The notes below the pieces were generated by a model. That model saw nothing but the letters and a program-made list of their open reading frames with translations, was not told the origin of the DNA and did not search any database. A DNA stretch of 60,959 nucleotides from Candidatus Melainabacteria bacterium (GTDB lineage Bacteria > Cyanobacteriota > Vampirovibrionia > LMEP-6097), in NCBI GenBank assembly GCA_018695135.1, contig JABHOV010000051.1, forward strand, positions 1 to 60,959, in the 5' to 3' direction. Positions 25,750-35,579 of the stretch are shown piece by piece. The number at the start of each line of letters is the position of its first letter. The first letter of the stretch is position 1. A program made the translations under genes and the position numbers.

Positions 25750-27873
25750 ATGGGGATGAATTTTTTAAATAGATTAGTATTAGTTTTGGCAATTTTGCTC
25801 AGCATGACTGCAGTAAAGGCTATTGAGGGCAAAGTAGAGATGGAAGGTGCACTTCTTCCTATCTATATAGATGGAGATGCTACTAAGCACCATCATGCTG
25901 GTTCTTTAGAGTACCGCTTTGCTAGCAAGGGCAAGCTTTACAAGGCGAAGTTCAAGAATAATGAACCTCGCAACCCAAAAAATCTTCGTAAGATCAAAAT
26001 TCGTGGTCAAATGCATGATGGATCTATTGAGATTGATTCTTTTATAAACAAGAGTCCTAAGACTCTTTTGGTTAATTCAACAGCTGCAGCTGCAAGGGGC
26101 GAGAAAAGAGTCCTGGTTGTGCCTTTGAAAAATACTTATACGACAACGGCTTTTATTTATGATACGGCTAGCTTGGCTAATTTATATTTCTCAGCTAGCA
26201 GCAATAGTATTAAAAAATATTACACTGAAGTATCTGCAGGTCAAGTATCTCTTAGTGGTGAAGTTACTAATCAATTACAACTTGATAATGTTTGTGGATC
26301 TTCTTATAGATCTTTAGAAGGTGATTCATTGCTTACAGCATTACAGGCAATTGCAGCTAGATATGATCTAAGCAATTTTGATATTCTTTCAATTGTTGTA
26401 CCGAGTGGTGGATCTTGCATGCAACATGGAGTTGAAGGACTTGGTTCATTAGGGAAGGTCAACTTTGCAGCGCTAGGTATTAGTGGAATCCCTGAAATTG
26501 CTTTTAATGTGGTTAAATCAACTCAGGTACCAACTGGAAACTTGAATACCTTTATAGCTATAACGTCTCATGAGTTTGGTCACAATTTTGGATTGAAACA
26601 TGACAATGGTAATGTTTGTGGCAAGAGCATTTTTTATAATCAATGTGCAAGTCTTGCTTATGGTGGTGCTCACAGTATAATGGGCAATGCTCCAAATCTT
26701 GCTCCAATTAATGCAATCCATCAAGAAGATCTTGGTTGGATGAACAGTCAAACTATTATTAATTTATCAGGCAATGTTGATCAAAGCTATACTATTGCTG
26801 CACTTGAATCTAGAACGCTTGCACCCAAAGCAATAAAGATCAATCGAGGTGATGGTGTAAATTATTTTATTGAATATCACAAGCCTCTCAATATGGCTGC
26901 AAGCAAAGCTTTTACTCATAGTGCTAGTTATGAAGGTTTCAAAGTGTATGTGAATGATGATAGAGCGAATAATGATTCTCTTTTATTAAGAGCAGACATG
27001 CGTGATATCAAAAGTCAAATGCAATATTATATACCGGAGAGTAAGGAGTACTTGGATCCTTATGACGCGCCAGATTTTGCAAAGACTTCTGACTTTACTG
27101 CAGAGTTTTATGACTCAGTAAACCATGTCAAAGTAATTTTTGAATCTAGGTCAGCTGATTCCCTTACGCTACGTGTGATTCTTGGTGAGAACGCTCTTAA
27201 GAAAGCAGAAGCAGATGCTATTGCAGCTTTCTTGTTCATTTACCCAAGTGTTGAAAACGCGAAGCTTGAGACTTATAACGGATACCACGGTAGAATTGCA
27301 TCAACTCGTTATAGTCAACAGGAATTAAGTAATCTGATTGACAAAATAGAATTTGATATGGACGGCGACAATATTATTGATATTGTAACCAGCTCTGTTT
27401 ATAGTTCCGAAAACTATACATACTTAGAGCCAGGGACTTATACTCGCAAGGCTAAGGTTTACTTGAAGAATGGTGAGATCATCAAGCTTGAGTCTAAAGA
27501 GTTTACAGTTGTTGAAGCATTTTCTGTAAGCTTGAGACAGGGAAAGGCATCTATTAGTAGTGAGCCTGTTTTAAATGAGAACAAGCCTACTAAACTGAAA
27601 TTAGAATATCAGTTTTCAAATGAATACCTTGCAAGATATAAAAAGAAAGCAAAATTGGTGAACTATGGACCGTTCAAGCTAAAGAGATCCAAGACTATGC
27701 TCAAAAACACTGTGGTTTTCAAGCTAGCTTTGCCACCAGAAAAGAAAATTTCTAGTTACTATTTGAAACCTGATGGCTACTATGAATTTACTGTTGATTT
27801 AGCTGTCAGCCAAGGATATGGCTTTCTTGAATATAAAACAGTTACTTTACGAGTGAAATCAAGTAGGAATTAG
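25750..27873 (+). CDS. Secreted metzincin (reprolysin-like) zinc metalloprotease
   Basis: GGGAGA SD before the ATG at 25750. Signal peptide MGMNFLNRLVLVLAILLSMTAVKA. HEFGHNFGLKHD at 26569-26604 (HExxHxxGxxHD). Confidence 0.75.
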   Translation: MGMNFLNRLVLVLAILLSMTAVKAIEGKVEMEGALLPIYIDGDATKHHHAGSLEYRFASKGKLYKAKFKNNEPRNPKNLRKIKIRGQMHDGSIEIDSFINKSPKTLLVNSTAAAARGEKRVLVVPLKNTYTTTAFIYDTASLANLYFSASSNSIKKYYTEVSAGQVSLSGEVTNQLQLDNVCGSSYRSLEGDSLLTALQAIAARYDLSNFDILSIVVPSGGSCMQHGVEGLGSLGKVNFAALGISGIPEIAFNVVKSTQVPTGNLNTFIAITSHEFGHNFGLKHDNGNVCGKSIFYNQCASLAYGGAHSIMGNAPNLAPINAIHQEDLGWMNSQTIINLSGNVDQSYTIAALESRTLAPKAIKINRGDGVNYFIEYHKPLNMAASKAFTHSASYEGFKVYVNDDRANNDSLLLRADMRDIKSQMQYYIPESKEYLDPYDAPDFAKTSDFTAEFYDSVNHVKVIFESRSADSLTLRVILGENALKKAEADAIAAFLFIYPSVENAKLETYNGYHGRIASTRYSQQELSNLIDKIEFDMDGDNIIDIVTSSVYSSENYTYLEPGTYTRKAKVYLKNGEIIKLESKEFTVVEAFSVSLRQGKASISSEPVLNENKPTKLKLEYQFSNEYLARYKKKAKLVNYGPFKLKRSKTMLKNTVVFKLALPPEKKISSYYLKPDGYYEFTVDLAVSQGYGFLEYKTVTLRVKSSRN

Positions 27874-27962
27874 TCTCTATCAATTCACTAGACTAGCTAT
27901 CATGTATTCAAACTAGGTAAAATTAAGCATCAATATTTTTGTCAGAGTGGCATATAAACATA

Positions 27963-28706
27963 ATGAGAAAATTATCAATTTGTTTATTACTGACTTGCCT
28001 GCTATGGCAACCAGCGTCTGCCAAGAAACAAGAATACATTAGTTATTTTCTTGCTGCTAAGCGTGCGGGTGTTGCGATTGGTAAGGCTGTTGGTGTTGCG
28101 CTGGCATTGGCTTTTGGCGGAGCCCCGCAAACCAATGACCCTGTCAACACCGCTTTGATAATGATCACCCCAGAGTTTCGCAAGAAACAACTTGATGCGT
28201 ACAATGCAAAAGTACAAAAGAAAATTGATAAACTCAATAAAAAAATTGCTAAGGCTCAAGCCAAAGGCAAAGATGTTGAAGAATATCAAGCTAAACTTGG
28301 AGATGATAAATACAGACTATTGAAAGATCCAAAATGGAATCAAGATCAGGCTTTGGTTTCGTTTATCGTTTTACCAATTGACGCCGGTGCACCATTCCTT
28401 GTCTCTGATTTCAGGGTGGCGGATCAAACAGGAGTAGGTTCTGTCTGTAAGCCAGTTGTAAGTGAAACTATAGACTTTGATTCGATGGATAAAGAATATT
28501 TGGATGAGATTTATGGCGTTGATTTAAATGACCATCTTTGGATCGGATTGAAGAGATCTTATGACCCTGAATGTATTGTAAAAGATACAGCTACGCAGTA
28601 TATAATGACTGTGAACGGTGGCCGCTTAGATGATTTTGATTTGGACTTTAGTCTAAGTCAAGGAAGAAAGAATGTAATTCGAGATGATTTTGAGATTTTG
28701 GAATAA
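27963..28706 (+). CDS. Secreted hypothetical protein
   Basis: Signal peptide MRKLSICLLLTCLLWQPASA, then a Lys-rich coiled segment. No catalytic motif. Confidence 0.5.
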   Translation: MRKLSICLLLTCLLWQPASAKKQEYISYFLAAKRAGVAIGKAVGVALALAFGGAPQTNDPVNTALIMITPEFRKKQLDAYNAKVQKKIDKLNKKIAKAQAKGKDVEEYQAKLGDDKYRLLKDPKWNQDQALVSFIVLPIDAGAPFLVSDFRVADQTGVGSVCKPVVSETIDFDSMDKEYLDEIYGVDLNDHLWIGLKRSYDPECIVKDTATQYIMTVNGGRLDDFDLDFSLSQGRKNVIRDDFEILE

Positions 28707-29473
28707 TGAAAAATAAATTTGTTTGTTTATTGATGATTCTTTTGTCTTTGCCGAGCTCTGTTTTGGCAAAGACAAAAGACCCTCTTGTTATTCAACTAGA
28801 GGCCAATCTTGGCAAGCAACTGGATCTTAATTTGCAAGAATGGCGATATCACAAATATCCTGACTTCAAGTTTAGTGTCAACAAAGAAGGTAATTTAGAA
28901 GGTTTGGAGAGTGTTAAAGCTTCGCGTGATTATAATACAAGAGTTTGTAAATCAACGATCAAAAAGATGCAACCATTGGCAAGTGAATTTCGTGATCATG
29001 AATATAGAATTGAATGCCAGCCTGAATTTGAGTTAAGCAAAAAAGAACAGAAAGCTGCATTGAAGTACCAAGAAAAATATGCTGCAGAAATTGGAAAACA
29101 AATCTTTTTGAGGGCTGAAGGCTCTAGTTTTGAAGAACTGGAGGCAAAACTATTAGCCTTGGAGCTTAAACTGGCTCCCTCTGGTAAATTATTAAGTGTA
29201 ACTACAATCAATAGTTCTGGCTTTGAGGAGATTGATTCGGCGTTTATTAAAGCTTCTCAAGAAATTGCTAAGTTTGCAAAACCAGATCTTAATCAATATC
29301 GATTAAAGGCTGGTAAAAATCCTCAATCTGCTAAATTAGATCTATATTTCTTACTAGGTAAGGATTACAAAGGCATTAGTGCAGAGGACGCTATTGCTAC
29401 AGGGGCAACTTTGGGAGCAATTGGCATAACAACAGCGTCAATTATTCAAAATATTATTTTATTGGCTAGATAG
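28706..29473 (+). CDS. Secreted hypothetical protein with C-terminal hydrophobic anchor
   Basis: Signal peptide MKNKFVCLLMILLSLPSSVLA. Start overlaps the previous stop (TAATG). The two internal TonB-C-like segments are only a loose impression. Confidence 0.5.
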   Translation: MKNKFVCLLMILLSLPSSVLAKTKDPLVIQLEANLGKQLDLNLQEWRYHKYPDFKFSVNKEGNLEGLESVKASRDYNTRVCKSTIKKMQPLASEFRDHEYRIECQPEFELSKKEQKAALKYQEKYAAEIGKQIFLRAEGSSFEELEAKLLALELKLAPSGKLLSVTTINSSGFEEIDSAFIKASQEIAKFAKPDLNQYRLKAGKNPQSAKLDLYFLLGKDYKGISAEDAIATGATLGAIGITTASIIQNIILLAR

Positions 29474-29501
29474 TATGATGTTAGTTAGGTAACGGAAGTT
29501 A

Positions 29502-30674
29502 ATGCTCAAAATCAGTTTCAAAGACAATAAATTAATTCTCTTAACTCTGTTAGTCGGTTTGATTTTTACTAGTTCGATAATGACTTATATTCGTTATAAG
29601 AATATTGAAGATGCCAAGATACTTTATAAACAGGCGCTTGATTCATGGAAGCTTGGCAAGAAAAAGACAGCAGAGAAATATCTCGGTGCAGCAATCAAAA
29701 AACACAAAAAGGGAGAATATTACTATACAGCCTATCGTATACTTGCTGGTCAAGGCAAGATTGGTCTAGCAGAGCTTTATGTCAAGAAGGCATTGAAGGC
29801 TGCCCCTAAGAATACCGAGTACTTATACAAGACTGCACAACTTGTCGCTTACTACAACCCAGAAGAGGCAGTTGGCTATTTAAAGCAAGCACAGCAGCTC
29901 AAGCAGGATGATTGTAGGTTTTCAATTTTGCTTGCACAGATTAGCGTTGAAGCTAATGATGTGGCAGAAGCGATTGATGAATTGTATCGTTGTCTTGAGC
30001 ATGAGCCAGCTCATGAAGGTGCTTGGAACAATATTGCTGTTTATTACTTGAGACAAAAAGAAAAGGACAAGGCTGTCGAGGTTTTGAACAAGGCTTGCGC
30101 GACTAACCCGAATTCTGCTTATCTCTGGCAGCAAAAGGGCTTGATTGAAAAGCAGTTAGGCAAGCTCGATCAGGCTGTGATTTCTTTAGCCAAGAGTGTT
30201 GAATTGCAACCATATACTGGGATGTCTGCTGTCAAGATCATAGAAAAAATCACCGGTACTAAATACCAAGGTGAGCATGCTGAATATTTTGAAGATATGA
30301 AAGCACGTGTACCGTTTAAGATAGAAGGCAAACATATTTTCTTGCAAGTTGAGATTCAAGGAAAACCAGGATGGTTTCTGTTGGATACCGGTGCTACTGA
30401 TTCGATCATTTACAAGCATTTCGCTAACGAAAAGCAAATCAAATTTGACAAGCTTTATTATAGTAGCTACGAAACAGTTGCTGGTATCTTTGACGCCCCG
30501 GTTTCATACCTGGATATCAGCCTTGGAGCGATCGATCTAGAGAATGTCAAGTTTGCCATGGTTGGCAAAGATCAAGTCTCGCACAGTGATGGAATCATTG
30601 GACAAAATGTCCTTAACAACTTTGATATTAATATCAATTATAATGAATATTTTGTGACTATGAAGTTGCATTAG
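29502..30674 (+). CDS. TPR-repeat protein with C-terminal retropepsin-like aspartic protease domain
   Basis: N-terminal TM segment and several TPR-like helices (AWNNIAVYYLRQKEKDKAVEVLNKA). LLDTGATDSIIY (DTGA at 30384-30395). Confidence 0.65.
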   Translation: MLKISFKDNKLILLTLLVGLIFTSSIMTYIRYKNIEDAKILYKQALDSWKLGKKKTAEKYLGAAIKKHKKGEYYYTAYRILAGQGKIGLAELYVKKALKAAPKNTEYLYKTAQLVAYYNPEEAVGYLKQAQQLKQDDCRFSILLAQISVEANDVAEAIDELYRCLEHEPAHEGAWNNIAVYYLRQKEKDKAVEVLNKACATNPNSAYLWQQKGLIEKQLGKLDQAVISLAKSVELQPYTGMSAVKIIEKITGTKYQGEHAEYFEDMKARVPFKIEGKHIFLQVEIQGKPGWFLLDTGATDSIIYKHFANEKQIKFDKLYYSSYETVAGIFDAPVSYLDISLGAIDLENVKFAMVGKDQVSHSDGIIGQNVLNNFDININYNEYFVTMKLH

Positions 30675-31978
30675 GACTGTTGCGACAGGATCGATTCAAG
30701 TTCGTCAAAAGCAGCCTCTATCCCGTGATAAAAGCCAGTTTCTAGTAAATCCTTTGGCTCAAGTCTATCTCTATAATGCTTCTTGACCCACGTTACCAGT
30801 TTCCCATAAAGCTCATCGTTAAGTAGGTAATGAGGATTCATTGCTGCTAGCTCTTCATCACTAACTAGGACTCGTAGCCTCAGGCAGGCAGGACCGCCAC
30901 CATTGTTCATGCTTTCACGAAGGTCAAAGTATTCAATTTGAGAGATTGGGTTATTGACTTTAATGAGCTTAGTCAAGAATTGATTGACTGCTTTATTTTC
31001 TTTGCATTCAATTGGAGCGAGAATAAGCATACTGCCATCATCAAGACTAACTATTTGAGAGTTGAATAAATAACTTGAGACAGCTTGCTTTAAACTAATC
31101 TCGCTATCTTTGACTTCAATTAAAACCAGCTCTTCATTTGTTGTTGCTTTGTATTTAGAAGCAAGTTCTTCGATGACTTGAGATTGATTTTCAAAAGAGT
31201 ACTCGTGATAGAGAAAGAGATTGAGATTGCCTGTGCTAATTACATCGTTGTGAAAGACACCAGCGTCAATGGCTTTGATAGACTGTTGTGCAAGGACGGT
31301 GCGTTGTAAGTCCAAGCCATGATTCTGAATGATCGTTTGAGATGCTTCAAGAGCTTGTCTTGCAGTAAAAATATTCGGAGCTAAGATCTTGGGGTTTTCA
31401 AGAGAGTAACCGTAAACAAATAAATCAATCCCTGGTTTGGAGTGTGATGGAGCAAGCCTAGTGTGATTGGCAGCTCCTTCATCACTAAGCATTAAATCAA
31501 GTGCGGGTTTATGATTTGCCTGAGGGAAAATAGTTTGGAGTCTTTGAGCTGTTTCTATAGTTTCAATAGACCGATGAAACTTGCAGCTGAGATTGGCTGG
31601 AGTGATGGTCAAAGTCTTGGCTTCAAGACTAGAGCTAATAGTTGCAGCATTTGCTGTCCACATTGATGATGAGCTTGAGACTGCGCAGAATAATTCATAA
31701 TCTTGCTCGTAAGCTTGTTTGAGAATTGATTCTGGATCACCTTGAAACCCTTGTGCTCGCAGAATATCTAATCGAGGTCTGAGTTGTGCTGGCATTACTG
31801 CTTGTTTGAGACCAAGATCAGCAAGGTATTTCATTTTGGCAAGTCCTTGAAGAGCTGCTGCTTTGGGGTTTGAGATACTACCCTTGTGAGTTTCAGAAGC
31901 TATATTGCCATGGCTTAAGCCAGAGAAGAGGTGGGTGGGACTGGCAAGTCCGTCGAGATTTAGTTCGTGGTATTTCAT
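30671..31978 (-). CDS. astB: N-succinylarginine dihydrolase
   Basis: MKYHELNLDGLASPTHLFSGLSHGNIAS matches the AstB N-terminus, and GGGPACLRLRV occurs near the C-terminus. Start set at 31978, because the upstream ATG lies inside a repeat arm. Confidence 0.88.
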   Translation of the reverse strand: MKYHELNLDGLASPTHLFSGLSHGNIASETHKGSISNPKAAALQGLAKMKYLADLGLKQAVMPAQLRPRLDILRAQGFQGDPESILKQAYEQDYELFCAVSSSSSMWTANAATISSSLEAKTLTITPANLSCKFHRSIETIETAQRLQTIFPQANHKPALDLMLSDEGAANHTRLAPSHSKPGIDLFVYGYSLENPKILAPNIFTARQALEASQTIIQNHGLDLQRTVLAQQSIKAIDAGVFHNDVISTGNLNLFLYHEYSFENQSQVIEELASKYKATTNEELVLIEVKDSEISLKQAVSSYLFNSQIVSLDDGSMLILAPIECKENKAVNQFLTKLIKVNNPISQIEYFDLRESMNNGGGPACLRLRVLVSDEELAAMNPHYLLNDELYGKLVTWVKKHYRDRLEPKDLLETGFYHGIEAAFDELESILSQQS

Positions 31979-31984
31979 GTGATC

Positions 31985-32069
31985 CGTCATTGCGAGGCTT
32001 TAGCCGAAGCAATCTAGTGGATAGTTTTCCTTGTATTGGATTGCCACGCCCTGCGGGCTCGCAATGACG
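31985..32069. repeat. Family D small palindromic repeat (CGTCATTGCGAG ... CTCGCAATGACG)
   Basis: 12-bp perfect terminal inverted repeats with an inner GCAATC/GATTGC pairing. A half copy lies at 43909-43937. Confidence 0.6.
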
Positions 32070-32077
32070 TATATAAT
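32070..32077 (+). promoter_or_regulatory. -10 box (TATATAAT) 8 nt upstream of the ATG at 32086
   Basis: TATAATTATAAGCTATG, with no SD. It sits immediately after the repeat. Confidence 0.35.
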
Positions 32078-32085
32078 TATAAGCT

Positions 32086-32484
32086 ATGGAAGAAATTTTG
32101 ACTAAAGTCAAAAAAGAACACGATGAGATTTACTTAAAGCTCGATTATTTGCTGCATGAATTGACCAAGGTCAAAAAAGACAGAGATGATGAGCATTTAC
32201 TCAAGACTAGTAAAGTGATGCTCGATTATGTCAAATGGCTTTTGGAGAGTCATTTTAAGGATGAAGAGAGGGATTTGTTTCCCGGGATTGAAGATCTTGA
32301 GTTTAAAGAGAGATTGCTAGCGGACCATAAAGAAATAGAACTCAAGTATAATAAAGTACTAGAGGCATTCAATAGTTTTGATGCCCAAGAGGATTATCGT
32401 CAGCAGCTTTTGTATCCAGCTTATAACTTGATAGCGACAATTAACCATCATGCCCAAAGAGAAGACAGAGCCCTTTTTAATTAG
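32086..32484 (+). CDS. Hemerythrin-like (HHE cation-binding) domain protein
   Basis: H/E-rich helices: LESHFKDEERDLFP, LLADHKEIE, INHHAQREDRALF. Confidence 0.6.
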   Translation: MEEILTKVKKEHDEIYLKLDYLLHELTKVKKDRDDEHLLKTSKVMLDYVKWLLESHFKDEERDLFPGIEDLEFKERLLADHKEIELKYNKVLEAFNSFDAQEDYRQQLLYPAYNLIATINHHAQREDRALFN

Positions 32485-33436
32485 ACCAATTCAGGAGACT
32501 GATCTTGATGCCGTTTTCAACTTGGCTTCGCAAACTGGTCCAGGAATGACCAGCCTGCCTGCTGACAAAGCGATACTTGAAGCTAAGATTCAAGAGTCAA
32601 TCAATAGTTTTAAAATCAATCCAACCAAGCCAGGAAATGAATCATATCGATTTGTTATGGAGCTTGATGACAAGATAGTTGGTATAGCTGCAATTCGCGC
32701 TCGAGTGGGAGGTTTTGACCCTTCTTATTCTTATGAGATCTGCAAAGCTAGGCATCAATCTGAAGCACTTGGAGTTGATAAAGAAGTCGAATATCTCAAG
32801 CTCAGCAAAGAGCATAAGGGAGCTTCTATTATCAGCTCACTTTTTGTTTCACCTGATTACCGTTCTATGGGACTGGGTCAGTATTTGAGTCAAGCTCGTT
32901 TTTTGTTTATTGCTGATTTTCCTGAACGTTTCACTGAGACCATTACAGCAGAGATGCGCGGAGTGATTGATGAAGCTGGACGTTCGCCTTTTTGGGAAGG
33001 TACAGTACGACATTTTTTTGATATGGGTTTTGAGAAGGCTGATTATCTCAGTACTAAAGACAAAGGTTTTATTGCTGATCTCATGCCGCAATATCCAATT
33101 TATATTCCACTACTAAGAGACTCAGTGATTGAAGTGATTGGCAAGGTCCATGATAAGACCAAGCCGGCGATGAAATTCTTAGAAGCTCAAGGTTTTGCGA
33201 GAGATGGACATGTAGATATTTTTGATGCTGGTCCTCGGGTTGCGGTGAAGACTAATGAGATTAAGACTATTAAAAAATCTCAAGCGGCTACTCTTGAGAT
33301 TGGGATGGATATTGGTGCCGCTCTTGTATCTAATTCTAAACTTGATTTTAGAGTGAAGTTAGTTTCTGGGGCTATGACTAAAGAAGATACTGATTCTTTG
33401 AATCTATCTCAGGGAGAGGAGTTTCGTTATGTTTAG
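32450..33436 (+). CDS. astA: Arginine N-succinyltransferase
   Basis: IRPIQETDLDAVFNLASQTGPGMTSLPAD, AEMRGVIDEAGRSPFW and ADLMPQYPIY closely follow E. coli AstA. Confidence 0.88.
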   Translation: MPKEKTEPFLIRPIQETDLDAVFNLASQTGPGMTSLPADKAILEAKIQESINSFKINPTKPGNESYRFVMELDDKIVGIAAIRARVGGFDPSYSYEICKARHQSEALGVDKEVEYLKLSKEHKGASIISSLFVSPDYRSMGLGQYLSQARFLFIADFPERFTETITAEMRGVIDEAGRSPFWEGTVRHFFDMGFEKADYLSTKDKGFIADLMPQYPIYIPLLRDSVIEVIGKVHDKTKPAMKFLEAQGFARDGHVDIFDAGPRVAVKTNEIKTIKKSQAATLEIGMDIGAALVSNSKLDFRVKLVSGAMTKEDTDSLNLSQGEEFRYV

Positions 33437-34940
33437 TTCTATCAACCCAGCTACAGCTAAAGAGATTTGGCAAGGCAAAGCAGCTGGTGCTAAAGAGATT
33501 GATGCGGCTGTTGCAGCAGCGCGCAAGGCATTTCCTGCTTGGGCAGCATTGAGCCTGGAAGAGAGACTAGTTTGCTTGCAACGATTTGTTGATCTAGTTG
33601 AAAAGAACGCTGATCGTTTAGCTCAGATTCTTTGCCAGGATACTGGCAAGGCGATTTGGGAATGTGCCATGGAGGTCAAAAGCCCTATCGCCAAGCTCAA
33701 GATTTCTGTGGATGCTTATAAAGACAGAACTGGCACCAAGGTCAATGGACTAAGCGTCGTTAGGCACAAGCCTCATGGGGTGATTGCAGTTTTTGGTCCG
33801 TACAACTTTCCGATTCATACTCCGCATGGACATATTTTACCTGCACTTCTTGCTGGCAACACTGTTGTTTTTAAACCTAGTGAGCTTACACCATTGATTA
33901 GTGAAGAAGTGATGAAGCTTTGGCAGCAAGCTGGTTTGCCGGAGGGAGTGATGACTATGGTTCAGGGTGAAGTTGAGACGGGCAAATTGCTTGCTGCTCA
34001 TGCTGGGATAGATGGAATATTTTTCACTGGTAGCTCACGCACCGGTAAGATCTTGCATGAACAATATGCAGGGCATCCTGGCAAGATTTTGGCGCTGGAG
34101 CTTGGAGGTAATAACCCACTTGTGGTGCATCAAGCTAGTGATATTGATGCAACTGCTTACTTGATTATTCAGTCGGCGTTTATTACAGCAGGTCAGCGCT
34201 GCACTTGCGCGCGTCGTTTGATTTTAATTGACGATGAGGCTGACGCTGTGTTAGCGCGACTTGTTAAAATGACTTCTATGATTAGGATTGGTGATCCCGC
34301 TGATGAAACTAATTTCATGGGTCCGGTGATTAGTGAAACTCAAGCTAATAAATTACTTCAAGCGCAAAGATCTTTGGAGACCAAGGGTGGCAAGGTTTTG
34401 TTGAAGATGAAGCATATTGGTGGAGCATATATTAGCCCGGGAATAATCGACTGTACTGGATTAGTAGTAGCTGATGAAGAAAATTTTGGACCTTTACTTA
34501 AAGTCTACAGAGTTAAAACCTGGGACGAAGCGATCGACAAAGCCAATGACACAGACTATGGACTTAGCTCTGGCTTGATTAGTGATAGTCAAGAATTATA
34601 TGATGATTTCCGTCAAAGAATTAGAGCAGGGCTTTGCAACTGGAATATGCAAATCACAGGAGCCACTAGTGCTGCACCTTTTGGAGGGATTGGACTGAGC
34701 GGTAATCACAGACCTAGTGCTTACTATGCTGCTGATTATTGCTCGTATCCTGTTGCTTCAATGGAGACTAAGGAATTAAAGTTGCCAGAAAAATTGAGCC
34801 CAGGCTTAGAAAGTATTTACGAAGAGATTGAATCTACTAAGGCTTACGATAGAGCACGAAAGAATGATTCAGAAGCTATCAGTTTAGATGAGATGTTGAT
34901 AGACGTTGATTCCGAAAGATCAGGAGGGGCAGATGAATAA
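33429..34940 (+). CDS. astD: N-succinylglutamate 5-semialdehyde dehydrogenase
   Basis: Aldehyde dehydrogenase with ELGGNNP and GQRCTCARR (catalytic Cys). Overlaps the astA stop. AST context. Confidence 0.85.
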   Translation: MFSSINPATAKEIWQGKAAGAKEIDAAVAAARKAFPAWAALSLEERLVCLQRFVDLVEKNADRLAQILCQDTGKAIWECAMEVKSPIAKLKISVDAYKDRTGTKVNGLSVVRHKPHGVIAVFGPYNFPIHTPHGHILPALLAGNTVVFKPSELTPLISEEVMKLWQQAGLPEGVMTMVQGEVETGKLLAAHAGIDGIFFTGSSRTGKILHEQYAGHPGKILALELGGNNPLVVHQASDIDATAYLIIQSAFITAGQRCTCARRLILIDDEADAVLARLVKMTSMIRIGDPADETNFMGPVISETQANKLLQAQRSLETKGGKVLLKMKHIGGAYISPGIIDCTGLVVADEENFGPLLKVYRVKTWDEAIDKANDTDYGLSSGLISDSQELYDDFRQRIRAGLCNWNMQITGATSAAPFGGIGLSGNHRPSAYYAADYCSYPVASMETKELKLPEKLSPGLESIYEEIESTKAYDRARKNDSEAISLDEMLIDVDSERSGGADE

Positions 34941-35043
34941 TCTTGCCACCACCACAGGTATCTTGTTTGGACAGTCGTAGACGGAGTCCTGGGTTTACTA
35001 TACGCACGAACAAAGACTAAAGCGAATTTAAAACTCTAGATTC

Positions 35044-35574
35044 CTAACCAGCATCATAGCCAATACGATTTTCATCTAGAGTTGCAATGACTTCACCCAT
35101 AAGTCTTTGCATTGTCTGAGTGTCGCCAGTAATTTCTTGGTGAAGATCTGTGACTTGTTGTTTTAATTTAGCTTTTTTGCTGGTATCATCTCCTGCACAA
35201 TGGAATGATTCACCAATATTGCTAATCTGTGCAAGGCGCTCAGCTGAAGCGCTTTGGTCGGTTATTGTTTGCGTGCCACCGAGATCAACAAGTTTGATTT
35301 GCCCATCATTATTAATAAAATTGCCTGCAGACCAGTCTGTAAGTTCTTGACCTAGCATTTCATGCAAGAGAGCGGTTTTGACAATTTGCTCATAAACTTC
35401 TTTGGTGAGAGATTCAGGTTTTGCTACTGCTTGAGTTTCCAAGTTGTCACCTTCTACTGTGCTTTGTATTTCTAAGCCGGTTAGTAGTGAGAGTTTAGTG
35501 TCAATGCCTATTGCTTTGGCGAGATCTTCGACTCTATTTTTATAAATTCTATCTTCAATTTGACCCCTAGCCAT
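35044..35574 (-). CDS. Hypothetical protein
   Basis: 176-aa ORF lying 5 nt downstream of the M20 peptidase gene on the same strand. No motif. Confidence 0.45.
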   Translation of the reverse strand: MARGQIEDRIYKNRVEDLAKAIGIDTKLSLLTGLEIQSTVEGDNLETQAVAKPESLTKEVYEQIVKTALLHEMLGQELTDWSAGNFINNDGQIKLVDLGGTQTITDQSASAERLAQISNIGESFHCAGDDTSKKAKLKQQVTDLHQEITGDTQTMQRLMGEVIATLDENRIGYDAG

Positions 35575-35579
35575 TACTA

